From Azolla caroliniana (Eukaryota; Plantae; Polypodiophyta), in assembly GCA_043228905.1 (NCBI GenBank), contig JBHGNT010000006.1:9238001-9302000 (forward strand): DNA of 64,000 nt, in the 5' to 3' direction. Positions 48,792 to 62,446 of this stretch are shown piece by piece. Below the pieces are notes generated by a model that had not been told where the DNA came from, did no database searches, and saw nothing but the letters and a program-made list of their open reading frames with translations. The translations under genes and the position numbers were made by a program. How positions within the stretch are numbered: the stretch's first letter is position 1; each line of letters begins with the position of its first letter.

Positions 48792-51700
48792 GGCTTCTTC
48801 TCTGTCCTGCGCCTTCCCCGTGCTTCCTTCCTCCTCCGATTGTTATCGCTCGGGTACACTTCCTTCTTCCCCTTTCTGTCTACAAGGAATCGCCCTCAAT
48901 GCTGCTGTGTTTTTTTTTGGAATCCAATGATACTCTGTTCTTATTTTGCTGCATCCTTTCATCTTGATATTTGTTCGCGGTTCTGTCATGTCTTACTAAT
49001 CCACGATGCTTCCGTGTTTTGAGAAATCTAAGATTCTAAAGGTTAATCTCTGACTTTTCCTTCCTTTTTCTTTCTAAAACAAGAGGTCGGTTTCCTATCA
49101 ACAGCTGCTCAGTCTTTTGTTGTATTTTTCTTATTTTTTACTGACTTTGTGGAAGGAATTTGAATGATTTCCTTGATTCCATTAGTAAAACGAAATGGAG
49201 TCTTTGTTTTGCGTCTGGATATTCTTTGATTCTTTCTTTTGATTCCATTTGTAAAAGGAGAACTTGAAGCATTGTAATTTGGTTTCTTTTGGATAAGAAA
49301 TTTGACTATTTGTCTTGTTTTTATATTCTTAAAGAAATTGGAGTAATTTATCTGCTTCCGTTTGTTAAACAAATCCACGTATCTCTTCCGATTCCCTTCT
49401 TACAATAAATTCAAGCAATCCTTTTGATTCCACTTTACAAACGAAATTTGAGCCTTTCATCTGGTTCCATTTTGTGAAAGAAATTTAAATCTTTGAAATA
49501 CTTCTTTCCATGTCCATTTTGATCCGGGTCATCGTTGGAATTTGAGTATTCCTTTTGCTTCCGTTTGTAAAAGTAAATCCAGTCTTAGTTTTGCTTCTAT
49601 TTCTGAAATAAGTTTGAACATTTCTGCACGTTCTTATTGTGTGCATGTATTTATTAGGCATTATTTTATTCTCCAAAAATTCTACAGAAGCATTTACACC
49701 TGTTGAACTCCAAATTAGAGCTTCGTCGTCTTGTGATAATGAAGATAGTAAACAGAAATGCAAATTGACCAGGCGGGAAAATTTTGTGGGATTCGTCGTC
49801 TCAACAGCCATTTCAGGTGGGAACATGTATTATCTTTTCGAATCATGTTGTTTTATGTTGAAATTTCTGCAATGAGGATTCACAGACGCACACTAGAGGA
49901 GAGAGAGGAGAGAGAGCTAGGCCTCGTATTTATAGCCAGACCCAAGCCCCCCAGGCAAGTGCACACTTGGCCTAATGGGTTGTCTCAATCCCGAGGATTA
50001 AAAGTAATCCTCCCCTTCTTTACACTCTCGTTTAACCCTCACACTTTATCCACATGTATAGAATACTACAATACATTCTCACCACGGGATATTATATGGT
50101 CATGCTTGTAACACTACGGTACATTCTTACCACGGGATAGTATATGGTCATGCCCGTAATAGGTAGGTAGTGCCACTCGTCTGCACTCCGCTTTTCTGCT
50201 GGAGAGCGCAATCCTTGGTTGTTTCTCGTTGCTCCACGCTACTGCTCAGCTACCTAGAAATAACATATATCTACTAATATATCTTCTATCTTCGCGGCTT
50301 CCCACCAAGTCAGCATCTGTGTACCCATTCAGCTCAACTGGCGCTAACGTGTCGTACCATACTACAAAGTTCGCTATGGATTTAACATGCTTTAGGATCC
50401 TCTTGATGCAATCCAGATGAGGCGTTTGGTTCTGCATGAAATGACTCACAAGTCCCATTGCATGGCTAAGATTTGGATGGGTGATCGTAGGGTAGATCTA
50501 TCCGCCCCAAGATCTTCCTATACATGGTTGAGTCCTCCAACCTTGATCCACTGTCCAGTTGGATCTTCACACTCTGCTCTAGAGGGGTGGATATCCCTTT
50601 GCAAATCACCACGCCAAAATTCTTCAGCAGCTTCATGAAATATTGATATTGAGAGAGCCACATTCCCTCCACTGAGTGGATGATCTCAGTCCGTGGAAAG
50701 TAATGCAACTCTCCTAGATCCTTCATCGTGAACTTTTTTTCAAGCATGTTCTTCACTTCTTCAATACGCTCCACTGTAGCTCCTCCTGTTATGAGGTCAT
50801 CAACATATATTACCACGAATAGGATGTCTTCTTTGTCCTTACGGACATATAACAAGCAATCGGATGTTGACATTTGAAAACCCCGATCTGCTCCAAGCTT
50901 TTTGTCAGCTTGTTGTACCAAGCTCATGGTGCTTGCTTCAGGCCATAAAGCACCTTCGCAATGTACACAGTAGCTTGGCGTTGCCCTGTTTCTCGCATCC
51001 TGGTGGTTGCTGCATAGAGACTTTTTCCTCTAGTTCCTAGTGAAGGAATACATTCTTCACATCTATCTGTTGTATTTGCCATCCCTTACTTGCCGCTAAG
51101 CTTAGTATTGAGCATATCTTTAGCATTTTTCCAACTAGTGCAAACGTTTCTTTGTAATCTATGCCTTGAATTTGGCCATATCCTTTCACTACTAGGCACA
51201 CTTTGTGCTGGCTTACTGCTCCGTCAGCATAATGCTTGATCTTGAATACCCTCGTGCAGCCTATTGCTTTCGTACCACTTGATAGCAGGACTAGATTCCA
51301 TGTCTGGTTTTGCTGATAGGCGTCCATCTCTTCTTCCATGGCTTCTATCCATTCCACTTTTCCGGTAGTTTCACCAAAGCTAGTGGCTCCATCTTTTCCA
51401 TTACTCTGGCCATATAAGCATAATGCTTGGCTGTGTAACCATTGTATATGTACCTCAATATTGGATGCTTTGTGTGGGTTGATTTTCTGAGTTGTTGGAT
51501 GGCTGGCCATTTCCAATGCTTCTTCACTTCTGGAGTTTGTATGTATGGCATGCACCTCCAAGCCCTCGTCTGAGGAGTAATATAACTCACTCCTGCCTTT
51601 GGTATGACATTTTGGTAGACCTTTGCTTTCTCATTGTCGTAGTGCTTTGTGTATGAGCCGCTCCTCCAAGATCTCCTCTTCAAGCTTTCTGGCAGGCTCC

Positions 51701-54700
51701 TGCTCAGTCCACTCAAATCTTATTGGACATCTTTACCCCCGCTAGCTGGTCTGTTTAGTCGGTCGGCTAGTCAGCCTGCTAGCCGATCTGCTAGTTTTTG
51801 GGTTAGGGCTGTTAGTATCCAATGATCTGCTACCGCTAGCACTATCTTGGTCACGGGCTTCTTCAACCATGTCTATGCTTGGTTCCATGGTGTACGGAGA
51901 GCTCTCCTCATCAAAGACTACATCTCTACTTGGATGCAGCACCTGTAGCTCTTATTCTCCTTTGAATATCTAATGAAGATGCACTTCTCCGCCTTCGCAC
52001 AAGCTTGTTTTGAACTTCTGCTAGAATATGCACATAGGCAACTGATCTGAACACTCTTTGGTGACAAAGTTTGGTTTCCTCTCTTAGAATGTTTCCTCCA
52101 GAGTGGTCTTCTGCTCACCCACTATTCATGATGTACACTGCTGTGATACATCATTGCTCAGATGATGTTGCCGATTGTTTGATTCTTCCACTCCACCACT
52201 CCGTTCTGCTGTGGCGTATACCTACAGGTGTGCTGCTGTTGGGTTCCTTGCTTGTTCATGAAGTTTGAGAATTCGTCAGAAGAACTCTCCTCCATCAGAT
52301 CTAAGGCAGCATATCGGCTTGCCCTCTTGCATCTCAACAAGACCCTTGAAATGCTTGAAGTGTTGAAACACTTCACTCTTCAGCCTCATAAAATAAATCC
52401 ATGTTTGCTTTAAGAAGTCATCTGTGAAGGCGACATAGTATTTCTTCCTTCTTTCGAGAAGGGATGTCTATCTTTCTTGTCTAGTTGACAAGCTTTGCAC
52501 ATCCGCTCAAACCTAATGTGCTTGAACCTCGGGAGCCTGCTCACCACATTCTTTTGCAATGTTGTGCTCAATGTCAATTTGCTGATGTGGCCTACCCATT
52601 TGTGTCACAGGTCTATGTCTGTTGGCAAATTGTTTTGTACGAACATTGTGGTCAACATCTAGAATGAACATCCGTCCTCTTCTTCCTCTTGCCATCAGTT
52701 ACCTTTTTTATATGTGCTGATCTGGCCTAGCTGTTTGTGCCAGAGGTCTATGTCTGTTGGTGAATTGTTTTGTACAAACATTAGGCTCAACATCCTCTAT
52801 GCATCAACATCTAGAACGAACATCTGTCCTTCTCTTCTTCCTCTTGCCATCAGCTTTCTTTTTTGTTCATTAAAGCATCTGTTCGATGTGCTCAATAGGG
52901 TGTGCCGTGTTGTTGCCCATTCTGCGTGGCTGGATCTTTCAATCTTTTCCAGGCGCTCAAACCACTCCTTGTGGCCTGTTATGTGGTTTGATGTGCCTGA
53001 GTCAACGTACCATGTTTGACTTCTGCTCGCCTCGTTATTGTCTGTTGGTGCTAAGTGCATGTTACACCATTTGTGCACTGTCGTGTTTTCTACCCGATGC
53101 TTCTCTACTGTCTCTCCTGCTGCAGCATACAGCATAGTCTGTATGCTGGCAGCTCCCATTCTTTTCATGTGATTGTTGTTTGGTTGGACAATCTGCCTGG
53201 ACATGTCCTTGTTTCCTGCAGTACCAACATCCACTTTGTTTTTCTATACCTCTTTGGTGGCCTCTAGCAGGATGACGTGCTCCGATAGATTCATTCCATT
53301 TTCCATGGGAGCGATCAGCGGCATTGCTTTGGCTTCTCCTTTCATTGTGGTATTGCCCGCTATGGTACCCATCCATGCCTTGTCCTGAGCTTGAATAGAG
53401 CAGTTGCTCATCCTATTCAACGGGTTTCCTGCCCGATTCCTCCATTAGGTTTCGCTCTTTAACAGTAAGCATTGAGACAAGATTGTTAAATGTGGGAGCG
53501 TTTCCCTCGTCAAGATTGCCGACTTGAAGGCCATAGGCCACAAAAGAAGACCTCGCTCGAGCCTCATTATTGACCTTTACATTGATGGATGCTTGCAACT
53601 CACATATGCTCTTGATAGTGAGTGTATAATCGCCATCTGCCATCCGCACTTTCTTGATTGTGCGCAACTCATTCTTCACACTCTGATATGTGTCCAATCA
53701 TGGCGTCTGATATGTTCCGCGATACCTAGTAGAGAACATTCCTTGACCACTGCAACCATTCCTTGAGCTCTTTCTGCTAATCGGCCATTGGATGATACTC
53801 ATCCACCTTGGGCGGACTCTCGAGATCCTCCTCTATGTACGCCCCTTCTCAGGCTTGTGCTCAATGCAGCCTCGTTTTCTTCATGCCGATGCGGTGGTCC
53901 ACTTGCACCTGCATCGCTTGCCACCACAACCCTCTTCTTGCTTGGCTCTTCTTCTCTTCTTCTTAGGCTTGTGCTCAATGCAGCGTCCTTGTTTTCTTCA
54001 CGCCGATGCGGTGGTCCACTTCCACCCGATCACTCGCAGCTGCAACCCTCTTCTCGATCCGTCTTGTCCTGTCCTTGACAGTGATCGAGATCATTAACCT
54101 GGCACTGATACCATGTTAAAATCTCTGCAAGGGGTTTAGGGTTAGCATTAAAGTACACAGACACACGTGTAGAGAGAGAGAGCATGCACAATGAACTATA
54201 ATATGGCTTTACATAGCCTTGAATACAAAAATGTGACTAACCCTAAATACTCTTCACGTGAGGGTTCCTATCTAGGGTGTGTTGACACACATGTCTAGGC
54301 TTATATTTCTAACACTTTAGATACCTTTATATGATCAAGAATAAAAAAGTCCAATCAAATCGCTATCAGTATGTGATCGAGAAGCTCAAAATTACCATTG
54401 AATTGTATGCAACAAATATAGTGTGCATATTTTTCTGGCTGTGCTTGTTCCTTCTTGCGTCTCTAACTTAGATTTCTATGCTTGTGGTGAGAAGATTGTG
54501 AAGGACGCCATGTGCCTGATCATCTACTGAAAATGTAACGATCTGCCACTAACAATCTAAAATTTTATTCATTAGGGTGAAGATTTCCATCACAGATCTC
54601 CACGTATTGTTTCATGCCTAACCAACCTTCTCTTTGAAGGCTATATTCAGGTTAACGGATTATGGCTAGTGTCTTAGTCTATATGTCCAACACATACTGC

Positions 54701-57454
54701 ATGATACAATGAGATACTTCCCATGAAGTACTAGGCTTCATCTATTACATTTGTCTAATGTGGCAATTTCTTTGTGTGCTGAAAACTGGTGTGACAATGC
54801 AGTGCATGTGTTTTTGATGGTACACACAAGATATTTAGAAAAATGTAAAAGAAAAGAATAAGTTAAATATACGAATATCTAATACTAGATATGATGTAGT
54901 TTCTCCATCAGATAGGTATAGATGATGATTAGAGTGTGAGTACACAAATTGGTTCATGGAGTAAGGATATGATTGCATGCAGATATAGATGAATCTGATT
55001 CATCATATTTTATATATAAATTTGTGTTGTTTATTGATAGGATCTTGTTGTTAAGTGGTGGTCTTGCACGTATGTATGAAGACAATCACAATGATCAATG
55101 TTGTAGGATTACTTGTCAAGCAGAAAACTAAATTCTCATTCACTCACTAGATGTATTGGGAAACTTGCCTTACTATTAATATAAAATGTTTCTGATATCC
55201 TAGGGATTCTTACCAAGGATAAAGCTGAAGCTGCATCCACTAGCAGAAGAGCAGTAAGCAAATATGCTGTAAACCTGTTGTGCCCGTCAAGTTTCCCAGG
55301 CTTTTTTTCTTCTAAACTTGGTCCTGTTGGTCTAATTGCTAACAGTTGAGGGGGGAGAAAGTTCCTGAGAGTGAGTACAAGATCCTTCCAACTGGTCTCA
55401 AGTAGGTTCTCATCAATCTGGAAGATATTGAAGTATAGGTCTCATGATGTACATAAAGATCCATGCCTAATTTGTATTATGTTTATGGGGAACTTCCATA
55501 ATTTTGGTTCAAGTCTGCATGTTTACGAAGCATAAGATGTCTGCCATGACTCCAGTGTCTGATATTTGTCATGGTCAAGCATTACAACAACATGGTTGTT
55601 AGTTACAAATAAACTCTCAATCTTTTTGATTAATGTAACCTGGTGTAGCAAACCACTCCTATGTCATGATGAACTCTAATATAACCCATTCATGCAGAAC
55701 CACTGCATGGTTGAAAAATTGAACATAGATCCAAGCTATAGATTACTAGCTAGATTGTTTAAAGAGTAAAGCAAGGATTAGGTCATGCTTCTTTCTCTTT
55801 GCTACATACATATAAATCGAAATAAGACGAACTAGAGATGGCTTATCACATAATGAACGTATTGTTTTATGTTGAAGGTATTATGACCTGAAGGTTGGAG
55901 GCGGTGCTGTTGCATCAAAGGGTTCACGGGTTGCAGTAATTATACTCTTGAACTAAACTGATCTTTGTGTGTATATATATATATATATTCACGTATCTAT
56001 TTCTTAAATAGGTATTAGGAACAGTGTATATGTTGTAATTTATGTTAGGCTGAAACATCTAATATCGATATGTATTCATATCGATATATACGTATCTATT
56101 TCTATCTACCTATTTATTTATATATGGCTATGTTAGGTGTAACTTACGTTAGGCTGAAGCATTTCAAAGTACATGTATTTGTACATATTTTGAACTTATT
56201 TTTGTCAGGTGCATTATGTAGTGAAGTGGAAAGGTGTGACTTTCATGACGAGCCGGCAAGGAGTAGGAGTCACTGGTGGAACAGTAAGTAGAGAGACACA
56301 TTGTGAGAAATATGCTGCATGTAACATAAATTGAAGGATTGTTTTTGACTGATAAATATGCAAATTCCTCACCAAATTGAAGGGATTTTTTATTATTTTT
56401 GTGATATTGGAAATTTTGCAGCCCTATGGGTTTGATGTGGGTGCATCAGATATAGGAATGGTGCTAAAAGGTCTAGATTATGGAGTGGAAGGCATGCGAG
56501 TAGGAGGTCAGGTACAGTAAGGCTATTGATTGAATACAGTTATTATTCATGCATAAATATTTCATTTAGCTCGTATAAGCCATTTATTTTTCTGTACATG
56601 TCCCTGATCAGATGTTCTTATTTGTTTTCATCTCATCTCCCCCTAATCTCCCATTGTCTTAACTTTGTTAATGTGCTCCACTCTGACCTAATTGATTGAA
56701 TTTTCATACGATGATCGTGAAAATGAACTTTTATATTTATGGATGTTTATATTTCTTGTGTATCCCTTTTTATTTCTCATGTCTTCATTGTGACTGATAT
56801 TATCATAAGCAGCGGCTTCTCATTGTACCCCCTGAGCTTGCATATGGACAAAAAGGAATACAAGAAATTCCACCAAATGCAACACTAGAGGTTTGAAAAA
56901 GCCTAGACTTTTCCAGTTTATAGGGCATTATATTGAGCTCTTCTCACCTGTAACTTGAGTTAACATGTCATGTCACACATACTGTCTAGTTTGTCTGTTG
57001 CCAATATAATTGCAATGTCTTTTTTGAGCAGATGGACGTTGAACTGCTAAGCATTAAACAAACTCCATTTGGGTAAAATACCAGATATCCACACTAGATT
57101 GCCATTTGTGATCGGGGAAACCTCTGAAATACCCATGTTTTATGTTAATAACTAAGTTGTAGTCATTTCCTCAAATGCCCTGGTCAATCCCTGAAAGAGA
57201 GAGTAAGGGATGAATTGTTCATATGTTTGCTCTCAAATAACACACATAAAGTTGAGGCTAATGGAATTAATTGGCCATATGATTGCACGTATAATTGCTC
57301 AAGAGGTGGTTGACCAGGTGCATTTCTTGGAAATAAAAATGTTAGTGGTTTTCAGGGTTTTTCCTCTTTACGATTTTGGAAGGAAAATGTAGAAATTTGC
57401 TCAGTGAGTTAGAGTTCTTGATGCAGGTCGCCGGTGAAAATAGTGGAGGGTTAA
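48790..57454 (+). CDS. FKBP16-4: Thylakoid FKBP-type peptidyl-prolyl isomerase FKBP16-4, 222 aa, 10 exons
   Basis: Exons 48790-48853, 49688-49816, 55204-55253, 55346-55401, 55878-55935, 56209-56283, 56422-56511, 56813-56890, 57032-57072, 57427-57454 (669 nt, GT-AG). Transit peptide with twin Arg (TRRE), then STSRRALRG...GLKYYDLKVG...KGSRVAVHY...FMTSRQG...GMRVGGQRLLIVPPELAYG...SPVKIVEG. Exon 1 is the least certain. Confidence 0.9.
49856..54314 (-). mobile_element. Heavily degenerate Ty1/copia element in FKBP intron 2, antisense to the host gene
   Basis: Minus-strand CWYCRKQGHVQADC, WYVDSGTSNH, TPQQNGVVE, IYVDD, GYTDAD; PBS TGGTATCAGTGC at 54102-54113; 5' LTR 54114-54314; putative 3' LTR ~49856-50024; flanks TTTTA / CTTTA. 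Confidence 0.88.
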
Positions 57455-60400
57455 AGTTCCCATTTTCTAGTTTCATGGTTTATTCTACCAATGTGTATGG
57501 CAGTGACATGTATCACATTGTATATTGTTTACTGTATATTATTGTAACATTAAGCATATGATAGAAAAATGTGCTCATTTGCTAATGGAATGAAATAGAA
57601 AGTCGATTGCTTGCAAGATTCACAATAGTTCAACACATTTTGTATTATGTGGAATTAGGTGCTCTTCATCTTCAACAACATTTACATGTGGTTCCATTCA
57701 TAATTATCCTCACATGACGTGAAATGTCTCACCATTCCCCAAATACAACACTTTTGCTGTTAAACCCTATGGCTATGTCTAGACCACAACTTCTAGATTG
57801 TTGGCAATGGGATGACCAGCCACAAATTACAAGTAATTAGTTACCAATTTTTTGCCATGAAAACTTTGAAACCCCTTCATGCCAATGCAAATTTAGATAT
57901 GTTTTTTTAATGATGGTAAATCCCAATTTAAATGTACAATGTAGAGTAAATGTGGGAGTTCCTTGGCAAAGTCTCATATTTGGAAATTGAGGACAAATAT
58001 TGCATTATAAATAGATATGCTTTACAACAATTCCAAACCTAAAGGATGATGCCTCACATAGATGGATAATGGAAAGTTGTATGTAACATGTTAACACTAT
58101 GTAAAAGGTAGCAATTGGATTAAATGCAAGGTTCCCAAACTTATGTCTCTATAATGTAACACAATTATTTAGTTCTTGCCATTATTCCCTTAATGAAGGA
58201 CTCTCTCAACAAGTACATGATGCAAGGCTTTTCAAATGGACTTTGTCTTTATTAATATATTGTTAATTATGACATACCATATAGTATTGCTAATTATGAG
58301 GGAGAGTTCTAAGCAAAATGTCATTAAGAAGGTGAAAAGAAATAGATTGATTATAGAGCATATAGAGTATCATTGAATGGCCAAGAAATTCATGTTATGC
58401 GATGGGATGGTGTGTTTGAATTTTGGAAAGATTGAAAGGATCAAAAGGTTAATTAGATATTGAGGGAGTTGTAGAAAGCCTTTTTTGGAATTTCATTGAT
58501 ACCTGTCATGAAACAAATGTGGTGAAATATTGTCATAAATTTGCTAAATATAAATTTGAAAAAACTAACAATTATTTGATGTGTAAAGTTTTTGATAAAC
58601 TATCAAATGGAGTCAAATGACAAGTAAATTTCTAGAAAATTATTAGGGAATCTTTGCTTGAAATGCAAGGGTGACTACCAAAAACAAATGATGAGGGCCT
58701 ATATTGGAAATGTTCACGCAAAAGACATAGAGAAGTAAGACCTTACGTGAATTGCCGAAATTTGAAAGCTTTTCCATCTAAATAGATTCCTTAGTGCTAT
58801 CATGGTGTTTGGAATGACTTGTGCCCATGTGTTTGGTTGAATTCTTAAAAATAACACTTTTTATTGAGGTCTTTCTGGTATGTGTATGGTATACCTTTGT
58901 TTCTTAAAAAAGTAGGCTAATCCATGGAATATTTACCTTCCATTTTGTATTTGAAAAGTTTCTTTTACCTTTTGAATTTACCCATATTCCCACGTTAATT
59001 TATCAAAATTATATTTAAACTTTGTATTTCATGCATGCTCATAAAAAATTGGTCTAGGGTACAATTTTGAAAAGAAACTTGTAGTTGAACCTTGTATAAG
59101 TAAATGAAGGAAATTTACATTGTAAGTGCAGATTATAAGTATAATATTTCCTTAATTTGCAGAGATATAGTTAAGTAGGAAAGCCCGTCTCCATTAAAGT
59201 GTGGGTTTCATTACGAGTTTGAGAGCTTTTACGTGATAATATAGCCTAGGGTTTACAAACATTCAAATGAAGAAAACTAAGGGTGTAAACGTAGTGCCTA
59301 ACAAGTATTTCGCAATGAATATGTTAACATTGGAAAATCCTCATGGTTTATTTGATTGAAATGATATGTTTCCTTGGAGAAAGGAAAAACACGTATTGGT
59401 CTTCAGAAGGTTGAGAGAAACCAACCAAATATCACTCCAAGTGAATTATCTAATAATGAAGTATTCACACATGAAACATTCTGATCATGTCTATTAAAAT
59501 TCAGAAGCAACCAATTTGATTCTTGTCTATTAGGCAGATTTGGGTTAGATATGTGTTCCGTTCAATGGGATGATCTGTAATAAGAAATGGAATGATCAAA
59601 TGAGATAATGATGAATGGATGGTATGTATTGAACTTGATTCTTGTAGGCCATATACATAGGACATTGTTGCATTGGTTTGGCTTGAAAGACTGAAACTCT
59701 TCATTGGATTCAATACACACCAATTTGGATGTCCCTAAACCTGTGCTACAAAATCTACATTGAACGTGTAGTTCTATTGTATCTATGCCTATTGTATATA
59801 CAAACACACATGCACACATAATTCTTTTGTTAATAATTAAATAAGATAATGTTAATCTAAATACATGTACTTTGAGAGCAGAATTGATGCAAGCGACAAC
59901 AATGTTCATGTTTGTGGTGAAAAGAGCAGAGAAGGCAATATCTTAAAAGCCTTCCTATGATCAAGCATAATAGTTAGCCAATTGATTTCATCACATGATT
60001 CACATAGATGTGGTATCACAATTAGAAGAGGTGTGATTATGGGGAGTTTTAAATATTCTCGGCACAGATATTATATACGAAAAGTTGATTTCCAAATCAA
60101 GTGTAGCTTTCTTCTTGTTTTCCATTTGGAATGTTGCCCTGTTTTCTCAAGTTTTCTCAAGAGGAACATCTTAAGACAATTGATTCTTTTGGACTATTTT
60201 GCATAATAAATAGGACATCTGAGCCAAAGAAAAAGGAACTATATTTTGATCAATTATGCATACGTACTATGGTGTTTTCCCATATACTTGTGTACGTACA
60301 AGAAACAATATACCTGGCTGAAGTAAACAAAGGACAAGAAAAAAATCACGAATCTCTGTTTGATGGGTGTTGAAACAAATGGATCTTATAAAATTTTGTA

Positions 60401-60808
60401 TGTTGTATGAAAAACGCCCCCTTGAGCTCAACATGAGTGACACACCGAAACAAAACTAACTCTACTTTGGAAGACTTGATACAATCAACGAGTTCCTCTT
60501 ATTTGTTTCCCATTGAAAAGCTTGCTTGAATCCATCATAGGCGAGAAAACAAAAAAAGAATTTGTTTGTCTTTTGTATTGATGAATTTGATTCAATCGTT
60601 ACGCTATATTAGAAGGATTTATTGAACACAGTTATTGTAAGTATATTCTTCCACATTAGCAAGCTTTTGATTCAACCACCAACAACTAATAACAAAATCT
60701 CCTTGTTTTGTTTTTCTCTAGTTTCAACGGCTCAACTCCATCAGTGTCTATGAATCACAAAATCTCCTTATTCCTTTTGTTTTTCCATATTTATAAGGTT
60801 TGACTCGA

Positions 60809-62446
60809 TCAATGACAACTGATAGGTCGAGAAGCTTCTGTGCCATTACTACGTGGAAGAAGCTTGACTTTAAACCTAATAAGACCAGGTTGTGTTCTTC
60901 TCTTAGAAGTGATATCAATCTCTCCATTCTTCTTTGTTTCATCTTCAGATCCAATTAAGATTTTGTGAAGAAGGCTCGTCCCTGGAAACGACATCAACAC
61001 TACGTCCGAAATCATCTTAAGCTCTTCACCATTCATGGATTCAAATCCAAATGACCTTGTCCATGTATTAATGAGTTCGGCGATGGAAGGAAGAACCAAT
61101 TTGTAGACCCCAATCTCTCGAAGCATTGATTCTAATGCATTCATCAAAGACTTACACATCCCTCTCTGACGAAAATCATTACGAGTAGCAATGAATGGCA
61201 TCTCGGCTAAACTGTTCCCATGAATCCGAACTGTTGCCACTGATACCAATTCTTCACCTTCATTCAATAACAATGTATAAAATCCACTGCAGTCTAGTCT
61301 CCTCACATCAGATTTCCTGTTGAATACCGCCTGAGGTAGTAAATCAATCTTAGTTTCATGGTCAATAATAGGATCAAAGCTTTCTCGGAGGACTTTTAAA
61401 GCTTCAGAAAGCTTCTTCTCAGAATTAAAGGCCACACCATTCTTGACCATTGGTGCTTCATCTTCTTTGAAGGACCTTATGAGAATCCATGAAAGATCTC
61501 CCTCTAGTTTAAACACGTGGCCGATCAAGTTCCTTAGTTTCTTGAAAACATATCTACATTGTTTCTTACAAAACCAGTTTCCTTCTGAATCTTGAGAATG
61601 GCTTGATTGTGAGCATGCCCTATGGTATGGTACATGACATTGTGCACAAATTGGCATTTCGGACTTAGCTTTCCATGAGGAATTCTTGCGATGGATTTCA
61701 ATGGCTTTTCCGCATTGACCACATCTACAACTCGAGCAGTGCCATTCCCCTTCAGGAATTTCATCTAAATGGAGACATTCGGCATGAAATGCTGATGGAC
61801 AACTATCACATAACATCAACCGACCACCATCTCCACAGATCTGACAAATGTTGTCATTTCCATCATCTTCTTCGGTACTCAATTCGAGCACTTTAGATTT
61901 TGATTCAACGCTTTCCATGGATTGCAGACACTGCATGATGGATCGTCCATCACGAAGAAATATGTTTGCACTAGGTCTGTGCAATGTGCTTCCAGCATGG
62001 ACCTCGAATTTTGACAAAAGGAAAGATGTTCCACAGCAAGAGCATAGAATGCCATCGCGGGTAAACTTTCCTTCTTTCATGATCGATCCATCTCGTTTCT
62101 TGAGGTAAAAAATGGGTTCAAGATCAGAGATCGTACCTGAATTAATGAGTCTGGAGAAGATACTAGAGGTTGATTTAACTTCCGAGGATAGCGACCATGA
62201 TGGTGATGGTGATGATGATGATGATGAGGGCGAGTATGTTGACGATGAAAGATTCATTTTCTTTTTCGTGGTCGTTTTTGCTACCTTCATCTTCTTTGTA
62301 GAGGATAATCTGTTGCTCTTTCTGGAGGACGGTGAAGAGGATAACGAAAAAGAAGAAGACGAAGAAGAAGAAGATGATGACGATGTGTCGTTAGGAAATG
62401 ATCTCTTCTTAGGGTTTGTAGAATGCGATGAATATGTTACGGCCAT
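60809..62446 (-). CDS. IDM1-like chromatin protein (TDBD/Jas-like domain, PHD finger, GNAT acetyltransferase), 545 aa, intronless
   Basis: First ATG at 62446 (the track start at 62620 is TTG). Motifs DGILCSCCGTSFLLSKFEVHAG, NDNICQICGDGGRLMLCDSCPSAFHAECL...GEWHCSSC, GFYTLLL...VSVATVRIHG..LAEMPFIATR..FRQRGMC...LVLPS...TWTRSFGF. Confidence 0.92.
   Translation of the reverse strand: MAVTYSSHSTNPKKRSFPNDTSSSSSSSSSSSFSLSSSPSSRKSNRLSSTKKMKVAKTTTKKKMNLSSSTYSPSSSSSSPSPSWSLSSEVKSTSSIFSRLINSGTISDLEPIFYLKKRDGSIMKEGKFTRDGILCSCCGTSFLLSKFEVHAGSTLHRPSANIFLRDGRSIMQCLQSMESVESKSKVLELSTEEDDGNDNICQICGDGGRLMLCDSCPSAFHAECLHLDEIPEGEWHCSSCRCGQCGKAIEIHRKNSSWKAKSEMPICAQCHVPYHRACSQSSHSQDSEGNWFCKKQCRYVFKKLRNLIGHVFKLEGDLSWILIRSFKEDEAPMVKNGVAFNSEKKLSEALKVLRESFDPIIDHETKIDLLPQAVFNRKSDVRRLDCSGFYTLLLNEGEELVSVATVRIHGNSLAEMPFIATRNDFRQRGMCKSLMNALESMLREIGVYKLVLPSIAELINTWTRSFGFESMNGEELKMISDVVLMSFPGTSLLHKILIGSEDETKKNGEIDITSKRRTQPGLIRFKVKLLPRSNGTEASRPISCH

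Noticed and set aside
57600-60700. AT-rich region with short ORFs between FKBP16-4 and the IDM1-like gene
   Set aside because: No recognisable domains, terminal repeats or consistent exon structure.
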